From: an uncultured Verrucomicrobiae bacterium
Lineage (GTDB): Bacteria; Verrucomicrobiota; Verrucomicrobiia; Chthoniobacterales; JAFAMB01
Assembly (NCBI GenBank): GCA_963762565.1
Contig: CAVXLD010000004.1
Coordinates: 1 to 64,000 of the forward strand
Length of the DNA stretch: 64,000 nucleotides
Reading direction: 5' to 3'
The notes beneath the pieces were generated by a model that saw only the letters and a list, made by a program, of their open reading frames with translations, was not told the origin of the DNA and ran no database searches. How positions within the stretch are numbered: position 1 is the stretch's first letter; each line of letters begins with the position of its first letter. Positions 42,047 through 51,820 of this stretch are shown here, in pieces. The translations under genes were made by a program, and so were the position numbers.

Positions 42047-42340
42047 TTGGGGCGAGGTCTCCCGAAAGACCGAAACCCATCAAACAGAGCGATTTCATTT
42101 GCCGCCGTTCTTTCGTTTGCGAGGTCGACAGGCGTGCCGAGCCGGTCCCTGGGTGCGCCAAGTCTCCTGATTGCGCCAGGGAACGAACCCGGAAGAGATC
42201 TTTATTGCTGCTGCACCAGGGCCAGCTCGGCACGCCAACAGGCCACGTGAACCAAACAACCGCGGTACACCAATCCCTTCGCGATCGGTTTCACGTCTTT
42301 CGGGAGCCTCGCCCTACCAGTAAATCTACGATTTACTGCG
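42047..42340 (+). repeat. Family A element with conserved 21-nt tail
   Basis: Left arm and centre are homologous to 25434-25713; the right insert is largely different. Confidence 0.9.
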
Positions 42341-44882
42341 CTTCTGCCACTACCCCGCCGTCAGCCGAGAATTTCTTACCGAGGGCTGCTTCAGATCCTA
42401 GCAAGACGCTGACGCCGTAATCGTCAAGCTGGTTTATCTGCCGCAGACTCAAGAGCACCTTTAATGATTGGTTGAATTGAGTCGTGGCATCAGCTGTCTT
42501 ACCGGACGTCTGCAGGAGCTTGCCGGCTTGCAAGTAGCCATTAGCCAGAAATTCCTGCCAAGTTACATTCCGGCCATTCGTCTGAAGCAGACGCTCGAAG
42601 ATATCACAACTGACCTTGTAATATCCGAGTGCTTCTTGGCCTTTATCAGTAAGGGCCGTTGCTTCGGCTAAACGTTGGAAAGTCAGTGCTAGCTGCTGCC
42701 GGCGAACTGGGTTGGCCTCATCCCGAGAAACTAATGATTCACTAATCTCAAGACACCGCTGATAGCTGGCGCGAGCCTTTGCCAAGTTGCCATCTGCTCG
42801 GTACAGATCACCCGCCCGGCCCAAGCAGTCCGCTAAATCCTGTTGATAAACAGCCTCTCCCGGCGCCGCCGCCACTAAGCGTTCACAAATCTCCTGGCTC
42901 TGAGCGTACGCTTGTAAAGCAGCGGGGGTTTTATCCAGGTCTGCTAGTACACTGCCGTAATTTTGCAAAGAGACTGAAAACTGGTGCTCATACTTCTTTT
43001 CCTTAGAGTCTTGACTAGCCAGCTGTTGAGCAACCTCCACCGCTTTCTCCAACTTAGGCAAGGCCAAGTCCGGCTTCCCTTCTTCGCGTAAAATGCCGCC
43101 GACGTTTTGGTAAGCGACCGCTAGATCGAATCGTAGACTGCTGTCGGAGGAACTACCATGCAGGAGATTCTCGAACGTGGTTAATTCCTGTTGGTAGTAG
43201 GTCAAGGCATCTTCCATTTTGCCTTGCGCTTCCAGCACGTAGCCGATGCGTTCCTGGCAAATCGCTATATCTCGCTGCTGAGAGATGTCTCCAGGGCTGA
43301 GCTGCGCAAGTCTTTGGCCCGCCGCTAACTGATCAGTATAGGCACGAACTGCCCGGTCGAGGTCACCTGCTTTGACCTCCAGATCGCCAAGTTGATTGCA
43401 AATCTGCCGGACCCGCAGCCAAGCCTCCGGATTCTGTGCGTCCCGTTCCGCCAAAACGCGCAGAATATCGCGCGCCTGCTCAAACGGACCACGTGCTCCG
43501 GCCCAATCTTTTTGAGCCATGAAGGTGACGCCCAGCTTAACCAGAACTTTGGTCCACTCGCTCTTCGGTTCTACCTCTGTGGGTTTGGCCGAAGCGAGCT
43601 TTTCCCAGAGCCCAGCGGCCCGCTGGTAGTTTTCCATGGCCTGTCCGATCTTTCCTTGGGTCGAGAAGATGTTCCCCATCTTCAGAAGGTTTTGCGCCCA
43701 TTCTGCCACCCACTCATCCTTGGCCGGCTCCTGTTTGACCAGATCCTCGAGAAGCCGGCAAGCGTCTTGGTACGCATTAACGGCGCCGTCCAGGTTATTG
43801 TCGTCGGCAAGCAAATCACCCTGGTCGTTCAGAGCGGCCACCCGTAAAACTTGAACCGACGTATTTTGGGCTTCGATTCCGTTCTTTGCGTCATACGTTT
43901 CGACCGCTTTGAGCGACGGCTCCAGCAGATCCGCTCGCCGTACGGGTTTTAACTTTTCCCCGAGGTCGCTGACGATCTGGTGCATTAACTGCTCAGACTG
44001 CAATTTTGCTTCAATCGAGTCCCGAGCCGTTTTATCCGCTGCTGCCACTGAAGCCCGAGCGGTCTTTTCCGCATTCGTTTTTTGAGTACGAGCTACCGCC
44101 AGATTCGTTTCCGATTTTTGAAAACGAGAGAAGGTCACGCTGCCGAACGTTATCGCGGTCGCTAAAGTGGCCGCACTAACAAATGCAGTCAACGCGACGC
44201 CACGGCGTTCCCTACGCCATTTGGACCTCACTTCGGCTAGCCACTCATTGATATAAGATAGGATCTCCCGGCTGGCGACGGTGCCAAAACGGGTAAAGAA
44301 GTGGTCCGGCTCCAGCAAGGCGTTCCCTTTCGGGAAAGCATGAGGCCCTTCGGCGGGGAACTTCTCGCCCAACCGGAGGCGGAGCAATCGCTCAAACGTG
44401 GCCTCGAATTGCTCGTAATTGCGGTACGAATTGATACTGGTAGTAAAATTATTTTCCCACTCGAAATCGCGCTGGTCTACCTTGCCCAGGAGCAAGTCGA
44501 CCGCCTTCGACGGCGATACCATTTGGTTCATGGGAGACGTCGAATCAGCCGCATCGCTCTCGGCGTGGACGAAAACCAGAAAATCAGGAATTTTCCCATT
44601 CTCTCGCCTCGGCATCGCCTGGGCCACATCCTGGGGCATTCCGGGTTCCCGGCGTTCCCCACCCCAAACGCAGGATGATCGCCGTAAGACACAGGCAACC
44701 AAATCAAATTGTCGGGCAGAGGGGAACTTACTGTTTTCAGTCCATCGGCTAGACCAAAGCCAGAGCTCTAATTCGACTCTGGGTTTGAACTCCATTTCGA
44801 CACGAGCCATGGCTTCGCCGGCTCGCTCGCATTCCAAATCGGCATCGTCTGGTGCACAGATCAGGACCCGATATTTTGCCAT
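42333..44882 (-). CDS. Membrane-anchored TPR protein with a degenerate DUF4062/TIR-like N-terminus
   Basis: A TM helix (VALTAFVSAATLATAITFG) followed by many ~51-aa TPR-like repeats. Confidence 0.78.
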   Translation of the reverse strand: MAKYRVLICAPDDADLECERAGEAMARVEMEFKPRVELELWLWSSRWTENSKFPSARQFDLVACVLRRSSCVWGGERREPGMPQDVAQAMPRRENGKIPDFLVFVHAESDAADSTSPMNQMVSPSKAVDLLLGKVDQRDFEWENNFTTSINSYRNYEQFEATFERLLRLRLGEKFPAEGPHAFPKGNALLEPDHFFTRFGTVASREILSYINEWLAEVRSKWRRERRGVALTAFVSAATLATAITFGSVTFSRFQKSETNLAVARTQKTNAEKTARASVAAADKTARDSIEAKLQSEQLMHQIVSDLGEKLKPVRRADLLEPSLKAVETYDAKNGIEAQNTSVQVLRVAALNDQGDLLADDNNLDGAVNAYQDACRLLEDLVKQEPAKDEWVAEWAQNLLKMGNIFSTQGKIGQAMENYQRAAGLWEKLASAKPTEVEPKSEWTKVLVKLGVTFMAQKDWAGARGPFEQARDILRVLAERDAQNPEAWLRVRQICNQLGDLEVKAGDLDRAVRAYTDQLAAGQRLAQLSPGDISQQRDIAICQERIGYVLEAQGKMEDALTYYQQELTTFENLLHGSSSDSSLRFDLAVAYQNVGGILREEGKPDLALPKLEKAVEVAQQLASQDSKEKKYEHQFSVSLQNYGSVLADLDKTPAALQAYAQSQEICERLVAAAPGEAVYQQDLADCLGRAGDLYRADGNLAKARASYQRCLEISESLVSRDEANPVRRQQLALTFQRLAEATALTDKGQEALGYYKVSCDIFERLLQTNGRNVTWQEFLANGYLQAGKLLQTSGKTADATTQFNQSLKVLLSLRQINQLDDYGVSVLLGSEAALGKKFSADGGVVAEAQ

Positions 44883-45047
44883 TGGGCCACACCATCAGAA
44901 TTGGGGTTAGTTCAGCAACTATTTTTTTATGATATTTTAAGATATTACTCTGTAGCACAATGAAGTGCGCTGATTCCCCATAAGGCGAGGCTCAAGCCCA
45001 TATTCTTTAGAAGTACTACAGGTGGCTGGCGACAGTGTAGCGCTGCC

Positions 45048-45248
45048 CTAAATAATGAGCGACGGCCGGTTGGCTTCGGCCGACCGAACTTCTCGGGAAC
45101 CCACCGAACTGCCGCACTCCGTACAAAGATAATCGTAAATCTCTCTGTCGGGGAGGACTAGCAATAGCCGTTCTCGAACCGGGCGGGCGACTTTGCATTT
45201 CTGGCAGTACAGCGATGACGCTCGAAGTGTCTTAAATTGGTTCTTCAT
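45048..45248 (-). CDS. Small zinc-ribbon protein
   Basis: LYCQKC...YLCTECG in 66 aa from the ATG at 45248. Confidence 0.8.
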   Translation of the reverse strand: MKNQFKTLRASSLYCQKCKVARPVRERLLLVLPDREIYDYLCTECGSSVGSREVRSAEANRPSLII

Positions 45249-45404
45249 ACCGGCCAAGTCCCTTACCCAGGGAAACTCCGCCGAATGGTCCGACGCGTCA
45301 ATGCTGAAGAAGCCAGGAGCCAGAATCCAGGAGCCAGGAGGGGGCGCTTCTCGCCTTGGCATGTGGCCCACTTTGACTCTATGATTCTGCCAGCTTCCAA
45401 TTCG

Positions 45405-45588
45405 GGGAGGGCGCGCTGCCTGTCCGACATAGCCTAAGGCATCCGGTCGATTTTTCTGCCAAAGCGGGCGACGTCGGATCCTCGCGCGCTGCGACGACTT
45501 GCCACAACCTAAAGGTGTATTTTCGTCTACGATCACAGCAAGTCCTCGACTTCCGTAGCCTCGGATCGCGGGGACGCGATCCCTCCCG
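45405..45588 (+). repeat. Family D doublet with a family C hairpin inserted in the left arm (45417-45478)
   Basis: Comparison with the uninterrupted arm at 63077. Confidence 0.88.
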
Positions 45589-45614
45589 GGCAATGGTCTC
45601 CTAGCCCGTATTCA

Positions 45615-47303
45615 TCAACGGAGTAAGAGTACAACTACAACGCCCCAGATCGTCAGCAAAGTATTGCCAACGGCGAAACATACGGAGAAACCAAGGGCTG
45701 GGACACGACTTTGAGCCGCATCCTGGACGGCAGCGAGAGCCGCTGTCGTGGCTCTGGCGCCGGCGCAAGCCCCCAAAAGAACGCCGGGATGCATTTTAAA
45801 AACGTATTTGCCCAGTAATAAAGCAAGGTACATCGGGAGGATAGTTACAATCGCCCCGGCAATCAAAAGCATGACCCCGGCGTCCTGTAAACCTTTGATA
45901 AAGAGCGGCCCGGCCTCCAGACCGACCACCGCCACAAACATGGTCAGGCCAAGGTTATTGAATACCCATAACCCGGCGTTGGGAATGTTTCCAAAGGTCG
46001 GGTGTACCGAGCGTAACCATCCAAAAACGAGTCCGGCTACCAAGGTTCCACCGCTAGTACTGAGGCTGACTGGGATACCGTTCACGCTAACCCCCAGCAG
46101 ACCAAAAAGAGCGCCAAGGAAGATTCCAATCCCTACGAGAACCAGGTCGCTCGCATGGCTGGCGCGTAGCGGAAAACCGATATTTTGCGCCATGCGTTCT
46201 ACGTCGCGCCGGTTCCCGCTGATCCGCAACACATCACCTTTGGCAATCTTGACGCCGCTATTAAAAGGAAGCGGTTGACCTCCGCGAGAGAGATCACGAA
46301 CAAAAACCCCACGAGAACGTTGGCCGTCGCCCAGCTCGGCAATTGCTCCGAGTGTGGTACCTACGACCTCCTTGTTCGTGACCATCACCTCAAGCGTCTC
46401 ATCGGGATAGTCTAGTAATTCCGGGTCGGATACCTCGACCCCGATCAGGCTGGAATCGTCAATCAGGTTTTCGGTGCGTGAAGCGATGGCTAGGATATCT
46501 CCCAACTGGATCTTGGTCTCCGGACTACATTCCAGGATTTTCTTGCCCCGCCGTAGTCGCTCAACGAACAGCCTTTGGTCAGGAAACTTGCTTTCGAATT
46601 CGCGGATTGTCTGCTCCTGAAACCCCGGAGCGGTAATTTGATACGCTCGAACATCAACGAGATGATAGGCCGAATGAACCGAGGGATCAGGTTCGTCCCC
46701 GCCTAACCTGGCTTCAAGGCTACGACAAGCATCGACCAGATTGACACCAAGTATTTTCGGACCGAGTGCGGCTAAAAACCAGGCTACACCGGCAGTTCCA
46801 AAAATATAGGTCACGGCAAAAGCGATCGACATTTCATTTATCGACCGCTGCTTGAGCTCAGGACCGAGGGGTAACTGATTGATCGCATCCGCCCCGACAC
46901 CGAGGACAGCAGAGACGGTGCAGGCGCCTCCAAACATACCGGCGCCGTACCCAGTATCGAAGCGGAACAGTTTGGCAACCAGGACTGCGCTGCCGAGACA
47001 GAACAGACAAACAAAGACCGCGAACACCGCTTGGGAGACACCATCCTTCCGCAAACCGCGGACGAATTCAGGACCGACTCCATAGCCCACGGCAAAAAGA
47101 AAGAGGAGAAAGAAGACCGACTTCAGCCCCGGCGATACCGGAATATCAAGTTGGCCGACGACCAGCGCCGTAATCAGGACGCCGGTCACGCTACCGAGCG
47201 TAAAGCCGGCGATCTTAGTCCGCCCGATCAGAAAGCCGAAAGAAACGGTCAGATAAATCGCGAGCTCAGGGTGAAGTCGGAGAGCATCGAGGAGGAAGTG
47301 CAC
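45615..47303 (-). CDS. aspT: Aspartate-alanine antiporter family transporter
   Basis: LFLFAVGYGVGP, two TrkA-C-like domains and GACAGAR; GTG start at 47303. Confidence 0.88.
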   Translation of the reverse strand: MHFLLDALRLHPELAIYLTVSFGFLIGRTKIAGFTLGSVTGVLITALVVGQLDIPVSPGLKSVFFLLFLFAVGYGVGPEFVRGLRKDGVSQAVFAVFVCLFCLGSAVLVAKLFRFDTGYGAGMFGGACTVSAVLGVGADAINQLPLGPELKQRSINEMSIAFAVTYIFGTAGVAWFLAALGPKILGVNLVDACRSLEARLGGDEPDPSVHSAYHLVDVRAYQITAPGFQEQTIREFESKFPDQRLFVERLRRGKKILECSPETKIQLGDILAIASRTENLIDDSSLIGVEVSDPELLDYPDETLEVMVTNKEVVGTTLGAIAELGDGQRSRGVFVRDLSRGGQPLPFNSGVKIAKGDVLRISGNRRDVERMAQNIGFPLRASHASDLVLVGIGIFLGALFGLLGVSVNGIPVSLSTSGGTLVAGLVFGWLRSVHPTFGNIPNAGLWVFNNLGLTMFVAVVGLEAGPLFIKGLQDAGVMLLIAGAIVTILPMYLALLLGKYVFKMHPGVLLGACAGARATTAALAAVQDAAQSRVPALGFSVCFAVGNTLLTIWGVVVVLLLR

Positions 47304-47510
47304 GTGAAGGTGAGAAGTGGGAAGTGAGAAGTGATTGGTGATTGGTGATTGGTAGGGCGAGGCTCCCGAACTACGATATAAATTTCGCGAAGCACCGCGT
47401 CTTCGACGAGCTGTCGGCAACTACGCCTGTCCGTGCGCCGAGCCGTGGCCCAGCGTGTCGAACCGCTGGGCGATGCGTCCCATAAGTCACATCAGTCCCA
47501 TAAGCCTATC
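47303..47510. repeat. Heptamer tracts, a single family A arm (47351-47450) and a GTCCCATAA tract
   Basis: gtgagaa/gtgattg units; ggtagggcgaggctcccg-N68-gccgagcc. Confidence 0.82.
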
Positions 47511-47653
47511 CGTATCCGTCTGCACGCCTACCACGCCCCGCCTCATAGCCCGTTTCTAGCGCCCGATCCATCCACCAAACTCGTAACTTGCGAATCATGT
47601 TCGCAAGCCGGAGCTTACCCCGGCAACTGAAAATTAAACCTGGAATCTGTATC

Positions 47654-48049
47654 ATGACTGATCCAATCAAACCAGATCCACTGCAGGACGAAGTGCACGC
47701 TCCCCGGACAAGCGAACCGAAACGAGATGGGGCCAGCGCGCTGGAATATCTAAAAAGTGAAAATGGTCCCTGGCTTCCGATCGTCGTCGGAGGATCCGCT
47801 CTGTTGATCGCGGCGGGCTATTTCTTAGGGCGATATTATGTACAACTCCATGCTCAAACCCCAACAGATCGCTTTCTTCACGAATTAGAGGATTGGGTAG
47901 AAGAGCGCAGCGAAGGCCTGCCTAAGGTAGTTCGGGACAAACTTAACGCGACCGTTGGATTCTTGGGCGCCTCTCTGCGCAACACGCCAATTAAACAAAT
48001 TGTTTCTCGCTTCCAAAACAAACCGCATCGACCGTTCAACCTCTTCTAA
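47654..48049 (+). CDS. Hypothetical membrane protein
   Basis: One TM helix; coupled to the next ORF through TAATG. Confidence 0.65.
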   Translation: MTDPIKPDPLQDEVHAPRTSEPKRDGASALEYLKSENGPWLPIVVGGSALLIAAGYFLGRYYVQLHAQTPTDRFLHELEDWVEERSEGLPKVVRDKLNATVGFLGASLRNTPIKQIVSRFQNKPHRPFNLF

Positions 48050-48345
48050 TGAATCAAGAAACTACTTCTTCTGTCGGAGCGTCAGAATTTTCGGCTGAAA
48101 ATGTGGATCGCCTCTTCGGCCGGCTGGATGAGAAGGTCCGGCAATCACCGCGTGAAGCGGTGCTGATCGCCTTCTTAGCTGGGGCTCTGTTGCAGGTGTT
48201 CGCCATCCGACACCTAGTATTGACCGCGGCCCGCGTCATTTTGTGGTTAGCGACTCCGGTACTATTTGTGTTTACCGCATGGAGGCTGTTTCAACTGGGC
48301 AACTCCGACGGGGGGTTAGGCCGATTTTTTGGAACTAAACAGTAG
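48049..48345 (+). CDS. Hypothetical membrane protein
   Basis: VRQSPREAVLIAFLAG followed by hydrophobic helices. Confidence 0.65.
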   Translation: MNQETTSSVGASEFSAENVDRLFGRLDEKVRQSPREAVLIAFLAGALLQVFAIRHLVLTAARVILWLATPVLFVFTAWRLFQLGNSDGGLGRFFGTKQ

Positions 48346-48373
48346 GACTCGCCGATGTCGGCGGATGCCCCAC

Positions 48374-48725
48374 GCGCTTCGCGCGAATAACCAATAGCCG
48401 ATAGCCAATAGCCAAGGGGCCGGTCGCAAGAAAGTCGTGCGCTTTGGCGTGGATCGAATGTGGACGGGCGTAAGCTCGGTGGAGCATCAACCCCAAGATC
48501 ACAAGACCGAAGATCACAATACGGAAAGGTCACGAAGGCCACAAAGACCGATCGTATGAGTCTGATTTTCAGTTTCAGTCTTCGTGTCCTTTGTGATCTT
48601 TCCGTATTGTGAATCTCTAGTTTCTCTGGGAAGTCGAACGCATGATCCACAGGCAAAATCGATAAGCCGATCTTTCGTTGGCTATTGGCTATTGGCTATC
48701 GGCTATTGAGATATGCGCGAAGCGC
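48374..48725. repeat. Nested inverted repeats (gcgcttcgcg, then AATAGCC heptamers, then CACAAAGAY-type tracts)
   Basis: Mirror-ordered reverse-complement blocks ending at the permease stop codon. Confidence 0.85.
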
Positions 48726-49720
48726 TAATCGTGCCGCAGAAGCTTGCGGAAATAGTCGATCGATACGGCCAGAATGATCACTGCTCCGACAAAGACCCCT
48801 TGCCAATAGGGATCAATGCCAAAAAGCAGCAGACCATTCCGCAGAACTTCGAGAATAATCGCACCGATCACCGTTCCCAGAATTGTGCCTTCGCCGCCAG
48901 CCAGGTTCGCTCCGCCGATCACAGTAGCAGCAATGACGGCTAACTCATTTCCAGTACCCATGTCAGCCGTCACGCTTCCTAAGTAACTGAATTGAGTGAG
49001 GCCGGCGATTCCGGCCATCAGCGCACACAACATATAGACGATAATCTTAAGGCGATCGACCCGCAGACCCGTCAATCTCGCGGTGCGCTCGCTTCCGCCT
49101 ACCGCGTAGACGTACCGACCCCAAACCGTCCGCGAAAGCAGAATCCAGAAAAATAGGCTGGCGATACAGAAAATAATAAATGGATTCGGGATCCCGAAAA
49201 TATCGCCTCCACCGATCCAGAGAAAAGACCGGTATTCGTCGCCAAATATCGAAATCGGTCGTCCATGCGTAACGATGAGGGCAAAGCTTCTGGCGATGGC
49301 TAGGGTGGCCAGCGTTGGCACAAAGGGAGACATCTTAAGCTGGGTGATACAGAACCCGTTTAAGAGCCCGATACAACAGGCGGCCGAAAGGCTGAGGAGG
49401 ATGGCAAGAGGCTCTGGCACGCCATGGGTTAACAAATAGGCAACGATCACCGCCGTCATGCCAAACACCGATCCCACCGAAAGGTCGATTCCGCCGGTTA
49501 GGATGACGCAGGTCATACCCATCGCCACGATCCCAACGAACGAGAAATTCGTCGTAATATTGGCGATATTCTGGAGGTTTCGAAACTGTGGGATAAAGAT
49601 TGCCAGGACGAGCAACATCAAGATGAGGGCGCCAAGGATCCCTATCTCGCGGGGAAGGCGAACAGTCCGCCGGCGTGACGTCTTTTCTGGATGGGGGGGC
49701 GCCACGGCTTCGGAGTTCAT
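48725..49720 (-). CDS. Sugar ABC transporter permease (RbsC-like)
   Basis: GGIDLSVGS, GRYVYAVG and ELAVIAATVIGG motifs. Confidence 0.93.
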   Translation of the reverse strand: MNSEAVAPPHPEKTSRRRTVRLPREIGILGALILMLLVLAIFIPQFRNLQNIANITTNFSFVGIVAMGMTCVILTGGIDLSVGSVFGMTAVIVAYLLTHGVPEPLAILLSLSAACCIGLLNGFCITQLKMSPFVPTLATLAIARSFALIVTHGRPISIFGDEYRSFLWIGGGDIFGIPNPFIIFCIASLFFWILLSRTVWGRYVYAVGGSERTARLTGLRVDRLKIIVYMLCALMAGIAGLTQFSYLGSVTADMGTGNELAVIAATVIGGANLAGGEGTILGTVIGAIILEVLRNGLLLFGIDPYWQGVFVGAVIILAVSIDYFRKLLRHD

Positions 49721-49919
49721 CTCGAATTCTAGAATCGAATCACAGCGTTATGGAGGATTTTTTACGGGATTCAAACAAATTCCTGCAGAAAAGGCTTGCA
49801 ACCAGCTCTTAACGGATGTGCTCTCTTCAATTCAAGCATTTAGATAAAACGCGCAGCGTCTATCTAGATGTAAATATCTCCTGCATTGGTCCAAATGCAG
49901 GATCCCCCAACTACCAATT

Positions 49920-50876
49920 ATGCCAAACCAGAAATTGTTTCTCTTGGCGGGCGTGGCGGTTTGCTCGCTCGCTTTGCCGGCAGGCCTCCATGCCGCCGGA
50001 AAACAGAAGACCTTCGCGATTGTCCCGAAGTCGATTAGCATCTCATTCTACAACGATGTGGAAAAAGGTTGTAAGGAGGAAGGCGCCAAGCTGGGCGTGA
50101 ATGTCATTTATACGGGTCCAGACACCGCCGACGCCGCAAAACAGGTGCAAGTCTTACAGGATTTGGTCAGTCGCGGTGTCGATGGCTTTGCCGTTGCTCC
50201 CATGGACGGCGATGCCGTGATTGGAGTGATCGAATCTGCGACTAAGAAAGGAATCAAAGTGATCTGTTTCGACTCGGACTCTCCCAAATCGCAACGGACC
50301 TGTTTTGTTGGTACGAACAATGAACAAGGTGGCTACGAAGGCGGCAAAGCCTTTGCGTCGATGTTACCCAAAGGCAAATTTGCAGTTCTTACGGGTGGTT
50401 TGGCTTCCGTAAACCATAACCAGCGTGGCGACGGATTTCGTAAAGCATTGAAAGAGGCAGGAGGTGACTACACCGAAATCTCGGGTTCACCCTTCCCCTG
50501 CAATGACGACGCCGCAAAATCGATCCAGATCATCCAAGACACCTTGACTCGGTACCCCGATCTGGATGGGTTTTTCTTTTCGGGCGGCTGGCCTCTTTTC
50601 GGCGCTCCGGAAGCCTATCTGCGGGCAATGGGCAAGCACCTTGACGACATCAAGAGTAAGAAGTTTGTGGTCATCTCTTTCGACACCTTGCCGGAAGAGC
50701 TCAAAATCGTGAAACAGGGCGCCTGCAATGGCCTGATCGGCCAACGACCCTACGCGATGGGAGTCAAGAGCGTCGATATTCTGAATGACCTTACCGAAGG
50801 CAAAACCGTCCCTGCGGTTGTTGATACCGGCGTTGACGTCGTGACTTCGGCGAATGTGGATCAATTCTTGAAGTAA
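49920..50876 (+). CDS. Sugar ABC transporter substrate-binding protein (RbsB-like)
   Basis: Signal peptide, FDSD...VGTNN and GQRPYAMG motifs. Confidence 0.92.
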   Translation: MPNQKLFLLAGVAVCSLALPAGLHAAGKQKTFAIVPKSISISFYNDVEKGCKEEGAKLGVNVIYTGPDTADAAKQVQVLQDLVSRGVDGFAVAPMDGDAVIGVIESATKKGIKVICFDSDSPKSQRTCFVGTNNEQGGYEGGKAFASMLPKGKFAVLTGGLASVNHNQRGDGFRKALKEAGGDYTEISGSPFPCNDDAAKSIQIIQDTLTRYPDLDGFFFSGGWPLFGAPEAYLRAMGKHLDDIKSKKFVVISFDTLPEELKIVKQGACNGLIGQRPYAMGVKSVDILNDLTEGKTVPAVVDTGVDVVTSANVDQFLK

Positions 50877-50886
50877 TCGACCCGGT

Positions 50887-50912
50887 GGGCGGAAAGCGCC
50901 TGCTTTCCGCCC
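50887..50912. terminator. Hairpin between the convergent binding-protein gene and iol operon
   Basis: gggcggaaagc-gcct-gctttccgccc forms a perfect 11-bp stem; no clear U-tract. Confidence 0.55.
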
Positions 50913-51004
50913 GTCCAGACGAATCTGTCGCCAACTCTTATTTCTTACGAGTCAACCTTTTCGGCGCGATGTTAGACTAGGCAATAGTTAATGCTCGTCG
51001 TCCC

Positions 51005-51820
51005 TCAGCCCTTCATTGGAACCGTAATTGGGTTCCCGGCCCAATTTTGGGATACCCAATCGTACTCCGGGTCGTTGATCGCGGTTATCTTCCTGACATC
51101 CCCGGCCAGAAAATTCAGGTAATAGGCATTCGTTCCCGGCGCTTTGACAACTGGGTGGTATCCTTCGTGGATCAGGACCAAATCACCATTCTGAACTGGA
51201 ATCGCCACATCTAGATCCGTGTCTCGAGTATAGATCCGCTGAATCGCGAAACCGTTCTCCGGACGCAACCGATAGTAATAGGTCTCTTCGTGGTAAGAAG
51301 AATTATCGCGAGTGTCATGGCGATGGGGAGGAAAACTCGACCAATTGCCGCTCGGAGTATGAATCTCGTAAACGGTTAATCGCTCGGTGAGTTCGTCGGA
51401 ATCAGCCAGAGCACTCACGCCCCGTTTCACGTTAGCGTCACCGCGCACCGATGTCTTGATCTCGTCTTTTGAGATTCGCCGGGCCGGCAATTTACCTTCA
51501 GCAGGAGCGCCACCGATGGCCACCTCGATCGACTTGGCAGCTCGCAGCGAAAAATTGCTCCGGGGAGGGAGATAATAAATATCCGTGAGTTCCTCAAATA
51601 CCGACCTCCGCGAGAATGAAAACTCTTCCTCACCAAAGGCACAGAACCCTTCACCACTCAGCGGTACGACGACAAACTCTGACTCTTCCGTGTTGAACCG
51701 TTGAGTCTGCTCGGGCTCCAAAGCGAGGACGCGGAAGGAAAGATAACGCCACTCGGCTTCCTTCGGCGTAACGTTGATGCGAAACGGATTCGAATAGTTA
51801 GATCGATAATGGCGGTTCAC
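51005..51820 (-). CDS. iolB: 5-deoxy-glucuronate isomerase
   Basis: GNWSSFPPHRHD, EETYYY, GYHP and YYLNFLAG motifs. Confidence 0.93.
   Translation of the reverse strand: MNRHYRSNYSNPFRINVTPKEAEWRYLSFRVLALEPEQTQRFNTEESEFVVVPLSGEGFCAFGEEEFSFSRRSVFEELTDIYYLPPRSNFSLRAAKSIEVAIGGAPAEGKLPARRISKDEIKTSVRGDANVKRGVSALADSDELTERLTVYEIHTPSGNWSSFPPHRHDTRDNSSYHEETYYYRLRPENGFAIQRIYTRDTDLDVAIPVQNGDLVLIHEGYHPVVKAPGTNAYYLNFLAGDVRKITAINDPEYDWVSQNWAGNPITVPMKG

Noticed and set aside
45434..45467. Family C loop (minus strand) resembling gaaaaattcgaccggat in iolD (~57788)
   Set aside because: It is only a ~16-nt gapped match and plausible by chance.
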